Below, piece by piece: positions 1 to 10,055 of a DNA stretch of 64,000 nt. The stretch lies in assembly GCA_044892525.1 (NCBI GenBank), contig CM097885.1:27282001-27346000 (forward strand). Direction: 5' to 3'. The position numbers and the translations under genes were made by a program. This DNA is from Schmidtea polychroa. Its lineage: Eukaryota. The notes beneath the pieces were generated by a model. It did not search any database and was not told where the DNA came from. It saw only the letters and a list, made by a program, of their open reading frames with translations. How positions within the stretch are numbered: position 1 is the stretch's first letter; every line of letters begins with the position of its first letter.

Positions 1-3000
1 ACACATAATTCATTCCTCGTTGGAATGTAGCTGGGGCTCCTGTTAATCCAAATGGTAACACATTAAACTCATACAGTCCTTTGCCATCCGAGAACGCCGT
101 CTTTCCTCTATCTTCCTCTTTTACTCTAAATTGATTGTACCTTTTGTTTAAATCAATAACAGTGAAATATCGTGCCTCTCCCATTTGATCGAACATTTCT
201 TGAGGTACTGGAATTGGATAAGTGTCTTTCCTCGTAACTTGATTTAGCTTCCTATAATTTACGCAAAATCGTAAGTCTCCATCCTTTTTCTTAACTATCA
301 CTATTGATGAGAAGAATGGTGACGCACTATCTCGAATTATTCCAAATTCCTTCATTGCTGTAATCTGTCTATCACTTTCATCTTGATGAACGTAGGGGAT
401 TCTGTATGGCTTTATTTTTATTGGAGTTTCATCTAATAACGGTATTTCATGCTCAATTACATTGGTTAGACCTAAATCATATTCGTGTTTGGCAAAGATA
501 TCTCGGTATTTTCTCAACAGTTTTGTGAATTCCTTTTTCTGCATCTCATTTAAATCATTGCTTACCACTTCAGGCTCCTTGTACACCTTGACGTTTCTTG
601 GTATTTTACAATTTGTTTCAATAGACATTTTTGATAATTTTCCCAATTTTGTTTTTGGGTGTAACTGAACCGGTTTCTTACTGCTATTCGTTATATGGAC
701 TGGTACTATCTGATTTTCCACTTTAACAACTTCGTCACATATCGGTAAATCATATTTTTCGACTAGCGTTTGATTTGGTTCGAATATAAAATCACCATCA
801 TCCACACTCATGGTATTTGCACAATATACCATCTCCGATTGTGGTGGTATTGTCAATGTCTGATTCACAAACACTTCACCTGCCCTGTGAATTATTTCTC
901 CTGTTTCTCTTGCTATCAAATTACCTGTCTTTAAGTCAAGTGAGACTCCGTCCAGCTGCTCTAATATATCCATACCGATCAGACATCGTACTGGGCTTCC
1001 CTCCATTATGAGCGCATCGTGCGCTATTATTCGATCTCCAATATGGAATATGACGTTAAGTTGTCCAATTATGTTTAATTCATTTTTTGATAATGACCTC
1101 ACTATTTCGTCGGTAGGCTTTATTCGCATTTTCTCCTTCGCGTTTAATACATTTTCCGATATTATTGTGTGACTAGATCCCGAATCGACTAAAGCTTCCA
1201 CTTTATGTTTGTTCATTTGTATAAATATTCGGGGTTGCTTTCCTCTTTTTGTTAATGTCATCAATGAGTAGTTGCATGGTAAGCCTAACATATTTTTTCT
1301 CTCGATCTCTGCGCTAGAAGGCTCGATTCTCTCTCCTACCATTCCTTCACATTGTAATGCGATGTTTTCCACTGGTTTCATCTCTCGTAATCGATCAACT
1401 GGATACACTGGTGCTGGTTGCATAAATGATTTTGGTATACACAATTTTGTAAACGTGTCTACGCTACTCGCATTCAACAGTGGCTCTTGTAAGATTTGAT
1501 AAGTTCTCAACGCTTCTTTATTCATTCCACTTAGTTCTTGATTGTCAACATATAACGGTGCACTATCACCCTCGTTGTCATTGTCATTGTTCTCGTCTCT
1601 TGAAGGGGTAGTACTAGCGTAGCTCACCTTTTTCTTCTTTAATATTCTCGCTTTGAGTATCTCCAACTCCTGATATTGATGATGAGTAATGAAGAATCTA
1701 GCCAATAATGGTATGCAACCAATTACTAGTTTCCACGACCAACCTGTGATCGCGTATAATCTGTGTGTTGACAGGATCTGCGACATTATTACTTTGATTA
1801 CAACACATATTACATAAATTCCAATCAATCCGGCACATGCTTGTCCAATGAACATAAACTTTCCCCAGATCTTTTTCATTGTATTATACGTCGCTTTCTT
1901 GTAATGATATGGAGTTAACAAATACTCGTAATTTACCTTCCCACTTCCGCTTGGGAGAATTGTATCTACCATTTCCATTATTACTCTCTCTTTCTTTGAT
2001 GGAAATAACAAGTTTCTGCGAGCTTCCTCAATGTCTTCGCTCGAGTAAATTCCACTTTGCGACAATTTTTCCAACGACGTAGAATTTACCAGATATTGTA
2101 AATCTGTCAATTCTAAGTTTTTCGGTGTCTTTACTTCTCGATGATCTGGTAATGCAATCCAATATTCTGGTGTTAGTCTGTATAGTGGTGCCAACAATCT
2201 ATTGCATTGTAATACTTTCGGTTTCACGTCCTCTTCTAGTAAGATTCGTGTTACAGGCTCCATAAATCGCAACTTTCCATTTAAATTCACTGGTAACTCG
2301 TTGGTGCATTGGTCATACTTTGTCAGTTTAACTGGTACCGCTTTACATTTATAGCTATATAGTGCTTCACCGAAAATTCTGGCAAACACCCCATTTTCTG
2401 TAATTAACATTGGTGCTACCAAATTAGGATTGGTTATAGCCATTGCCATCCGATTTCGGAGTATTTCTTTGTTGAGATTGCAATCATTTATAATAACTTC
2501 TCGGTACACATTTTCAACAGTATTTTGACCAAAGTGAAATAAATAATCTATTTTGTTATTAAAGTAATTTGTCAACTTGATATCTCCGGCATGTATGTTT
2601 GTTTGGGCCTCTGTAATCATCTTCTGAGATACATATATACCTTTATAATTTGTCTCATAGACGTTTTGTCCACACTTTGTTTTAGTTTCTTTTCTCAGGA
2701 ATCGCATTCCATCTTCCTCCGAGGTTGACATTAACACTGTTGGAGTATCTTTCATCCGTAGAGGTGTGATTCTTGTTGTTGTACTCGTTGCTGGATCCAT
2801 TCTTATTTTCTCAGGCTTTTCCCTGATCTGTTCTCCCGTTATTTCTTTAAAGCTCATTGACTTCAATTGCACTAAATTGCACTTTTTGGTATCGACATCG
2901 TACACCAAGATTGATTCTCCTGTCTGACAGCTAGATTGTTTCATGTTGCAGAATGGATGTGTTTGTAGTTTACCAGTATCATCATCAAATGATCCATCAA

Positions 3001-6000
3001 ATTCTCTTAATTCTGACATGTACTCTTCCACAACCACGGCTTTGTCAATTATAGCATCGTCTACTTTGTATGGCTCTCCTTGGCAATCACCATTCGACTT
3101 TATTATCCCTCGCACGGTTACAGTCTCACGGATTTTATGGTTAAGCTTTGCTTGTAGTTTAATATCTGCATTGATTTTCAACTGTCCTGTTTGAAAGGAT
3201 GCCAAACAATTCTCTGGAATTATTTCTATCGGTCTAGGTATTGATTGCATTTTCACCATCGATGAGTGGCTCCATTTTCCACAATAAAATACAAAAGTAG
3301 TTCGTTTCACTGTACACTCTCTCACCTTTGCTCGTCGAAACCCCGACTCTTGATATACATGATATTTTACTGGATTTGTTACTTTAAATTTTACTGGATA
3401 TGCATCCGAACACTCTGCTACGTTTACCAACGAATATACTCTTCCCATTTCGGTTTGGGAGCAATCGTATGCCACCAATGAATTCGTCGTGTTTATTATT
3501 CCCAATAACATAATAATAGAAATCATCAACCATGGAAATGCGAGTTTTCCCTTTTTCCTCACCGTCTCTGGTTTTGGGCTCCCAGCCTTTTGTATCAACT
3601 TTTCCCATCCGCCATTGTTTGCGATCCACTTAGTCAAATATTTATTCGTCATTTCAGTAGCTTTCTTTATCAATGATTTTGAATTGTCACTTTCCAGACA
3701 ACCATAAATACCAATCTCCAATATTATATAGGCTAGCACTGTCAATATTACATCTCGATCCAACTCGGTTCGTGTTAGGTCCTCAATTACTGCTTCCTCA
3801 CAAAATTCCTTTTCTTCATAATTTCTTTTAATTATCGACGGTAATCTCTTCTTTAATTCCGTTGCCAATCTTTTTACAACTCTTTTCTCCCCCTCCGAAG
3901 TATCATCTTCTGTTTCAGTTTCATCTAACAAGTACAATTCCGTAACTAAACTTTTTAATATTCGCTCAGTCTCGCTTGATTCATCTAAACACTCAGTTTC
4001 GCTTGATTCATCTAAACGCTCAGTTTCGCTTGATTCATCTAAACTCAAAGATTCAATTTCCGCATCATTCTGTTTTTTCCGACACATCGCAATGTCATTT
4101 TTAGTTTCAACAAAGTTCTCTTCACTTTTCATCTCATCTATGCTCGGTAGTATCCTATTATCGGTGCTCATTTCCTCAACATCCCTTGTAACTTCATTTT
4201 CCGATCTCATTTCCTCATTTTCCATTGTTTCTAATCTCTGCAATTCATTAATTTCTCGATCAATTTCTCCTGGGTCATCTACAACTTCAGTTTTAATCTC
4301 CACATTATCATTGTCTTTTTCCTCATACAGAGGCCAAAACGGCACTATTACTGCATCTTTTTCCATTTCCTCACTTTGTTTTGTTGCGTACACATTATTA
4401 ATACAATTTGGGTTACATCCGTAGTTTAACAAATATTCATCATCATATAATTCTCGTCCTTTGAACGTCAACACGATAATTCCTTCATTACCTAATATCT
4501 CCGCTGCTTTTTGTCGTATTTTCTTTGCTTTTACACTCCAATGTTCCTGATAATATTCAATCCTTTGATCCGCAATATTTAACGCTATTATCAAAGATTT
4601 CGCACTATCGTCTGCCGCCTCATAATCATGTCCTAGTTTTCGAATTACCTCTTTTAACTTTGCCTGATAACTTGTCGGTTTATTTGTATACGGCACAATG
4701 CATTCAAACAACCCTTCTTTCATATCTCGATCCATTTCGATGCTCATTATGAAGTCGATACTCGCATTAATTTTATCTCTGTTCCCTGCATACAGGGTAT
4801 CTTGTAAATCTGCTAGCATCTTTCCCCAATTTTGTCTGTCTGAATTCAAAGTATTAACAGCATTAACAACATTTACTTTATTTTTCCAGCCTGGTATCAG
4901 ACCGCAATCTACCAAGTACTCCTCGTCTTCCAGACATCGATTCTCAAATTTTAGTTGCACTTGCCATCCACTGTATTGACGCAGTATTCGCTCCTTTAGC
5001 TCTCTAATTTGTCCGTAGGCATTTACACGGAATTGGCACTTCACATTATCAAGTCCCATCGTTTCCACTATGATATCAGCTATATCCCTTGTTGACCGTA
5101 AAGCTTTGCCAAACTTTTGCATTTGTTTAAGTATCTCATCGTCTCTGTTTCCTTTGAATAACTTTGCACATAAATTTATGGCTCTCTTTAGTTCGCCTTG
5201 GGTTAGTGACATCACACTGAGTTCTGCGATCCATCGTTTCAACTGGGAGTTGTCAGTTTCCATTTTCTCAAGCCATTTTTCAACTCGGGCTAACAGTGCA
5301 GTCGGATTCTCATCTGATGCAATTTTTCGCACTTTCGTAGCAGGTTTTCCCTCACCTTCTGACACGGTTCCAATTATCATATGAGATTCAGTTTCTTCAT
5401 CTGATTCGAATTTAGCCACTAGTTTGTTCAGCTTCTGTCGCATTTCTCGAAATTCCTTTTCCATTTTGTCTTGAAATTCCTCTCTCTGAGCATATGTCAT
5501 GTTGCTGGTGTTTGGCATATCTTCTTGGAATCTGATCGATTTCTTTAAAATAGGTCTGCTGAATCTTTCTGAGTTCCTTGGGCATGATCGCGCCATGTGG
5601 CCGTATCCCTTGCTCGAATGACATTGTATCTGTCCATTTGTATTCACTTTGTCCCTTTGTGGTGAAGGTGACGTTGACGATGATCTTGATCTGGTAAAAC
5701 AGTTTCTGCTAATATGCCCTTTCTTTCCGCATCGATAGCATTCGACATCACTGCTGATCCTTTTGTTATCTGTGAATCTCTTGTTAGGGCTGGGATTCTT
5801 CCCATATTTGAACCAACATTGATTTGAATAGTGTCCAGACTTTTTGCAATGTTCGCATTGAGGATTATTTACCTGTCCATTTGATTGTACATTCATGCCT
5901 GATCTACCTGTTTGAAATCTATTATTTGGTCTCAAAATTGGACTACTGATTTGATTTATTTTCTTTTCATCCCATGGTGCTCTCACAGGCGTAATTGATC

Positions 6001-6619
6001 GCTCACGTCTCTCCACATTAACTCCAAAAGCATCTGATCTTTTTGCACTTTTTAAATTCAACTCTATCTTCATGGCTTTCTTCACGAGCTCATCGAAATT
6101 GGAAAAATCCACATAACATAGGGCCTTTTTGATTTCGGAGTGGACTCCGGTTATAAACTGATCTTCTAACAGCTCTTTAACCTGCTTGGCCATATCTGCT
6201 TGATCTGGTTTGACTTCGAAGGCTTTATCTGCTAAATTGGTCAGATGATAAGCAAACTCACTGACCGATTCATCTGGACCTTGAACTCGATTATAAAATT
6301 TCTGTCGCATGATTCTTTTGATATCTCCACCAACCAGTTTCAGTGCCATTGCATCCTTCAATTTTGTCCAATCATTGCCAACATTTCGTTTGTCGACTTG
6401 CTGCCAGGCTTCTCTTGCCGCACCCTTCAGATAGAGTGGGAATCTCTGAACCATAATGGCTTGTGTCCATCGGTATGCTGAGACGTACATATAATAATCT
6501 CACATGAAATCTGCAAATTCAACAGGGTCTCCTCCATATTGATTGACGGGTAATTTCTGGCAACTTGCGAAATCAATCATCTCTCTATTGAGAGGCATAA
6601 CAGCATTATCATTTGCCAT
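1..6619 (-). CDS. Single-frame polyprotein Gag-Ubl-Ubl-Bcl2-like-Env(gB/chuvirus-type)-PR-RT, >2160 aa, 3'-truncated by window; one in-frame TGA at codon 40 (6500-6502)
   Basis: The ATG at 6619 (MANDNAVMPLNRE) and the RT motif VLPFGLTGAPATFQ at 61-20 share one frame. Hand-translated segments had no stop below 6500. The ORF track lists no closed ORF in this frame, as expected if it is open to the window edge. The next ATG is at 6490. Confidence 0.85.
1680..3541 (-). other. Envelope glycoprotein, chuvirus G / herpes gB-like (class III fusogen type), ~620 aa
   Basis: Hydrophobic signal AFPWLMISIIMLLGII, then LVAYDC, FYCGKWSHSS, GDCQGEPY, GEALYSYKCKAVPV, QCTNELPV, FMEPVTRIL, TM FMFIGQACAGLIGIYVICVVI and GWSWKLVIG. 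These motifs are recognised from chuvirus-like glycoproteins. Confidence 0.85.
3590..3970 (-). other. Bcl-2-family-like domain within the polyprotein
   Basis: BH2-like LTKWIANNGGWEKL (cf. Bcl-2 [14 protein letters not shown]). It is preceded at Bcl-2-like spacing by BH3-like VVKRLATELKKRL and a BH1/helix-5-like VIEDLTRTELDRDVILTVLAYII; the NWGR motif is not conserved. Confidence 0.65.
3965..4046 (-). repeat. 3x 27-nt in-frame tandem repeat encoding LDESSETE(R/C)
   Basis: The unit ctcagtttcgcttgattcatctaaac(a/g) occurs three times in an acidic linker. Confidence 0.9.
4384..4597 (-). other. Ubiquitin-like domain 2 within the polyprotein
   Basis: SLIIALNIADQRIEYYQEHWSVKAKKIRQKAAEILGNEGIIVLTFKGRELYDDEYLLNYGC; the LxFxGxxLxDxxxLxxYG pattern matches the ubiquitin-fold C-terminal half. 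Confidence 0.55.
4865..5077 (-). other. Ubiquitin-like domain 1 within the polyprotein
   Basis: DIIVETMGLDNVKCQFRVNAYGQIRELKERILRQYSGWQVQLKFENRCLEDEEYLVDCGLIPG aligns by eye with ubiquitin IFVKT...IENVKAKI...[21 protein letters not shown]. Confidence 0.65.
5580..6619 (-). other. Gag domain (capsid plus three CCHC zinc knuckles)
   Basis: Capsid-like FYNRVQGPDESVSEFAYHL and LLEDQFITGV; knuckles CEHCKKSGHYSNQC, CYRCGKKGHISRNC and a degenerate CHSSKGYGHMARSC. Confidence 0.9.
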
Positions 6620-6946
6620 TTGGACTTGTTTCTGACTTCTGAGGTTGTATCGGTTCACTTTGAGCTAAACTTCAAACGTTAAACAATAATTTAAAATTAC
6701 TTTTCAACTTCTTTTAAATCTCCCAATAATAGCCTTTTATATCTCTCTCGTTAACACTATTTCCACAAATTTTTCACTACTTTTAATGATTCTCAGGCGA
6801 CTTTCACTCACTTCTGTAGTACTTTTCCAATAATTAACTTTTCCACTAACTTCCAATAATTTTCCTCCGACATTCTATCACGTCGGTACTAATTCTTTTT
6901 ATAATTCCTTTTTCAGTAGCTTTCAATAACTTTCCTCCGACTTTGA

Positions 6947-6964
6947 ATCACGTCGGGCTCACCA
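6947..6964 (-). promoter_or_regulatory. Primer binding site complementary to tRNA-Trp 3' end
   Basis: Minus strand reads TGGTGAGCCCGACGTGAT, 7 nt from the LTR end; one mismatch to the canonical Trp PBS TGGTGACCCCGACGTGAT. Confidence 0.85.
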
Positions 6965-6971
6965 GAATATA

Positions 6972-8030
6972 TGTTGGGTTTTGGATTATTTCAAGTCGGT
7001 TCTCTCTGACTCCTGGTGTTCTTTAAATTAAAACAATGAACGACCCAACGTATATTGAAACAACAGGTTCACAAATTATTATCACTCTACAATTACCAAT
7101 CAAAGTTTTATACGATTCTCCGCTCGGCGTTGATGCTTTGCAAACAAACAATATTCACCTTTTGATCCTTTAGTTCTGTTGACTCTCGTTTTCCTCGGTT
7201 TCTGTTTGGTTTGATCCCTTTTCGCCTTTCCGTATTCTTAATTCTATTTCTTCTTTTCCCTACCTCCCTAATTCGTTTATTAACTTTTCCTATCGTCTGA
7301 TTCTTCGAACCCTAGCTGAGGCAGAATGCCGATTTTCTCTGATTTTCCCTTTGCTTATATACTCCTCGAAATCAGGATGACAAATGGTTATTGCCGAGCC
7401 AATCTTTCGTTTGACATTTTCTCCTACGTGTTTGCTTCGGCTGTCATCCATAATGGTCCAACGAATCCAGATAATTAATGGCCCTACCGGTCTTCCTACG
7501 CGCGCTATCTTCTCCTTACTCTTTTCCCATTAATCATTGTGTCAAACTAATGGGCCCAAATCTTCCTTTTGTTTGCCTTTCTTCTTGTTTACCCAGCTCG
7601 GGTTTCCTTTATCTATCGGGTTCTCCATTGGCTCGGGTTTCCCATTAGCTCGGGTTTTCCATTAGCCAATTAATTAATTAATTAACGTTTTCTGTTTTCA
7701 TACGTTTGAATGTTTTTCGACCCTTCCTAACCCTTTTCTGATAAATCCCTAACCATCATCTTGTTGACCATTAGCTACTCTATACCTGTCCCGTTTTTCC
7801 CATTCGATTTCGATGATTTTTCCATTTATTGATTTTTCTCGGATTTCCGGATTCTCGCCTTTCGTAATTGCCTTTTGCATTTTCTAATACTGTTTCCATC
7901 GCACTTTCCTTTACTATTAATTCTGTGCACGATCCCGCTTTTATTTGCCATTTTTCCTCGCTTACTTTCCAGTTGAATTATTATCCTAAATTTTATTTAA
8001 ATTTTTAATTTTAATTTACAGACCTCAACA
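6972..8030 (-). repeat. 5' LTR (~1059 bp)
   Basis: Bounded by TGTTG (6972) and CAACA (8030) and adjacent to the PBS; composition changes after 8030. The partner LTR is outside the window, so the outer boundary is inferred. Confidence 0.75.
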
Positions 8031-9290
8031 TATTTATTATTAGCTACTTTTCGAGTTGACAGATTTTTCGAATGCGTTGTTTCACTCTTAAATATGTTGG
8101 TGATTGTAATTCGTTGTGTTTATCGTTTTTATTATAAGTGTTTTGTGCTTTACTTTGTATTATTTGATGTATAATCATAAATTTTGATTCGACTTGGTGC
8201 GGTATTTGCGCTATGCTACATATTTTAACAAACTCTCAAATTTTCGACTCGAGCTCAACAATGAGTTAAATCTAAACTAAAAAACCACAGATGATAGATG
8301 AATTATTAGACTATCATTACCCAATGACAAGAAGCATAACCAGTATCATAACCAAGTTACCTGCTTATCATGGAAGTTGATTCTGGTGATTATAATTTCA
8401 ACTTGAATTCCAAAACATTTTAAAAATTTACTAGGATATTTTATGAAATGCATATCTGTTGCATAGTTCTGTTGAAATTCATTAAAATCTTAGTTTTGTG
8501 TACACTAGATTGAACTTGTTCATTGAAATTCGAACCAAGCAAACATTTTCGTCGATTGCTTTTCACTCTCTTTCTCGTTGAATTACTATTGGTATTATTT
8601 TCATTCAACGAATCAATGATTGAATCACTAAAAAACCTTTCATATTACACCTATTCGATTTTATCTTCTCTGTATTCACTAAAGTTTCTGCTTTATGCAT
8701 TGGTATCAAAATCTAAAATATTCATTTAAAATTCCAACTATAGTTTTTAGACGACAAATAAGAAAACTCTGATTTCTAAATTCCAAATATAAAATTTATT
8801 CTTGAAACTCCAAAGAAAATTCCAGAAATTTGATTAAAATTTGGACTGATTAACAAAATAGAAAATTCTGAATCACAAAATTATACACCAAACACCACTG
8901 AGAACCATTTCCTATAATATAACAAAAAAATCAATAATGTTACATTATAGAAACATACATACTTACTCTGATTTCACATTGATGTTCTCATTTAGAGTGC
9001 AGTCAGATACATCTTATACTATAGAAATCTGAAAAGTGGAAGAAAAATTATAAACTGCACACAAACACAAGACATACTAAAAAACACATACAAACTTTTG
9101 ATTCATCGAAATGCACCGCTGAGATACATTTCTATAATAATTCTATTTTAGACAATTTTTGGATAAAAAAAAATCGCTGAAAATTTTTAAAAATATATTT
9201 TTAAAGAGCAGATGAATTTTTTTCAATGTCTTTTCAATCCATATTTGCTTTCCTGAAAGAAGCTCCTCATATTGAGCTCAGAAAAAAAAT

Positions 9291-9797
9291 GGATATTGTT
9301 TGATATTTCCCCCCACTTTATTATTATAATTAGTATTATATTATTGAATTAGAATTGACGATAATAAAATTATTGATCTACCTATGAATGCAAACAATCT
9401 ATTTGAACGAACACGAACTCCGCAAGCAACACTGTTACTTTGCCAAGAATTGGGATTAATTCCAATGACTAAACTGTGCACTGTTTGTGGACAAGCAAAA
9501 GACTTGGTATCATGTACCAAGACCAACTTCCCTTTCCGCTGGCGGTGTAAACGGCCTTGCTGTCTAGAAGTAAGTGTACGTGATGGGACTTTCTTTGAGG
9601 CTTCAAAGCTCGATATAAAGGAAATTCTATTTTTTATTTACTACTGGGCATACGAAGAGTGCTCTTTCAAAAAGATTCGCCGTTTTGCTGCGGATTTGCT
9701 GCGTTAATTGTTTTATTATTTATATATTAATAAAAATTAATATGTTATATTAATTTTTAATTTAATTTTAAGTGGGGGGAAATATCAAACAAGAACC
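9291..9797 (+). mobile_element. Internally deleted Merlin (IS1595/ISXO2-like) DNA transposon
   Basis: ~28-bp TIRs GGATATTGTTTGATATTTCCCCCCACTT / AAGTGGGGGGAAATATCAAACAAGAACC; 8-bp TSD AAAAAAAT on both sides. Confidence 0.85.
9384..9707 (+). pseudogene. N-terminal zinc-ribbon part of a Merlin/ISXO2 transposase; catalytic DDE domain absent
   Basis: CTVC...WRCKRPCC...SVRDGTFFEASKL..EILFFIYYWA, typical of Merlin transposase N-termini; ends after 107 aa. Confidence 0.8.
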
Positions 9798-9820
9798 AAA
9801 AAAATTACAAAAATTATTTT

Positions 9821-10055
9821 TATTAGGATTCTCATCCGTTTTTAAATCACTAAATAATTCCATAAAATTTTATTTAATAAAAGACATCTCAAAAAACTTG
9901 TCTGTTCTTATTTTTGTTATTTAAACAAATTTCAGATTTTCTTAAAATATTTCTTTGATAAATTTCTTCTTTTTAAAATATTTTTCAATAAAAATATTTT
10001 TAAAATTTTTACCAAATTTCTTATTAATCTTTAAGAATCTTTTAACTTCCTCATA
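9821..10055 (-). repeat. 3' LTR (235 bp)
   Basis: Near-identical to 14122-14356 with a few differences; follows the PPT. Confidence 0.9.

Larger units (their letters stand above)
1..8030 (-). mobile_element. Ty3/gypsy LTR retrotransposon with env-like and host-like cargo (5' portion; continues beyond window start)
   Basis: Order on minus strand is LTR (6972-8030), tRNA-Trp PBS (6947-6964), Gag, aspartic protease ALVDSGSSHTII (~1165-1200), and gypsy-type RT (PYRIP...VKKKDGDLRFCVNYRKLN...LPFGLTGAPATFQR). Confidence 0.95.

Noticed and set aside
462..6481. Many short plus-strand ORFs over the first retroelement
   Set aside because: Antisense shadows of the long minus-strand polyprotein; no independent motifs.
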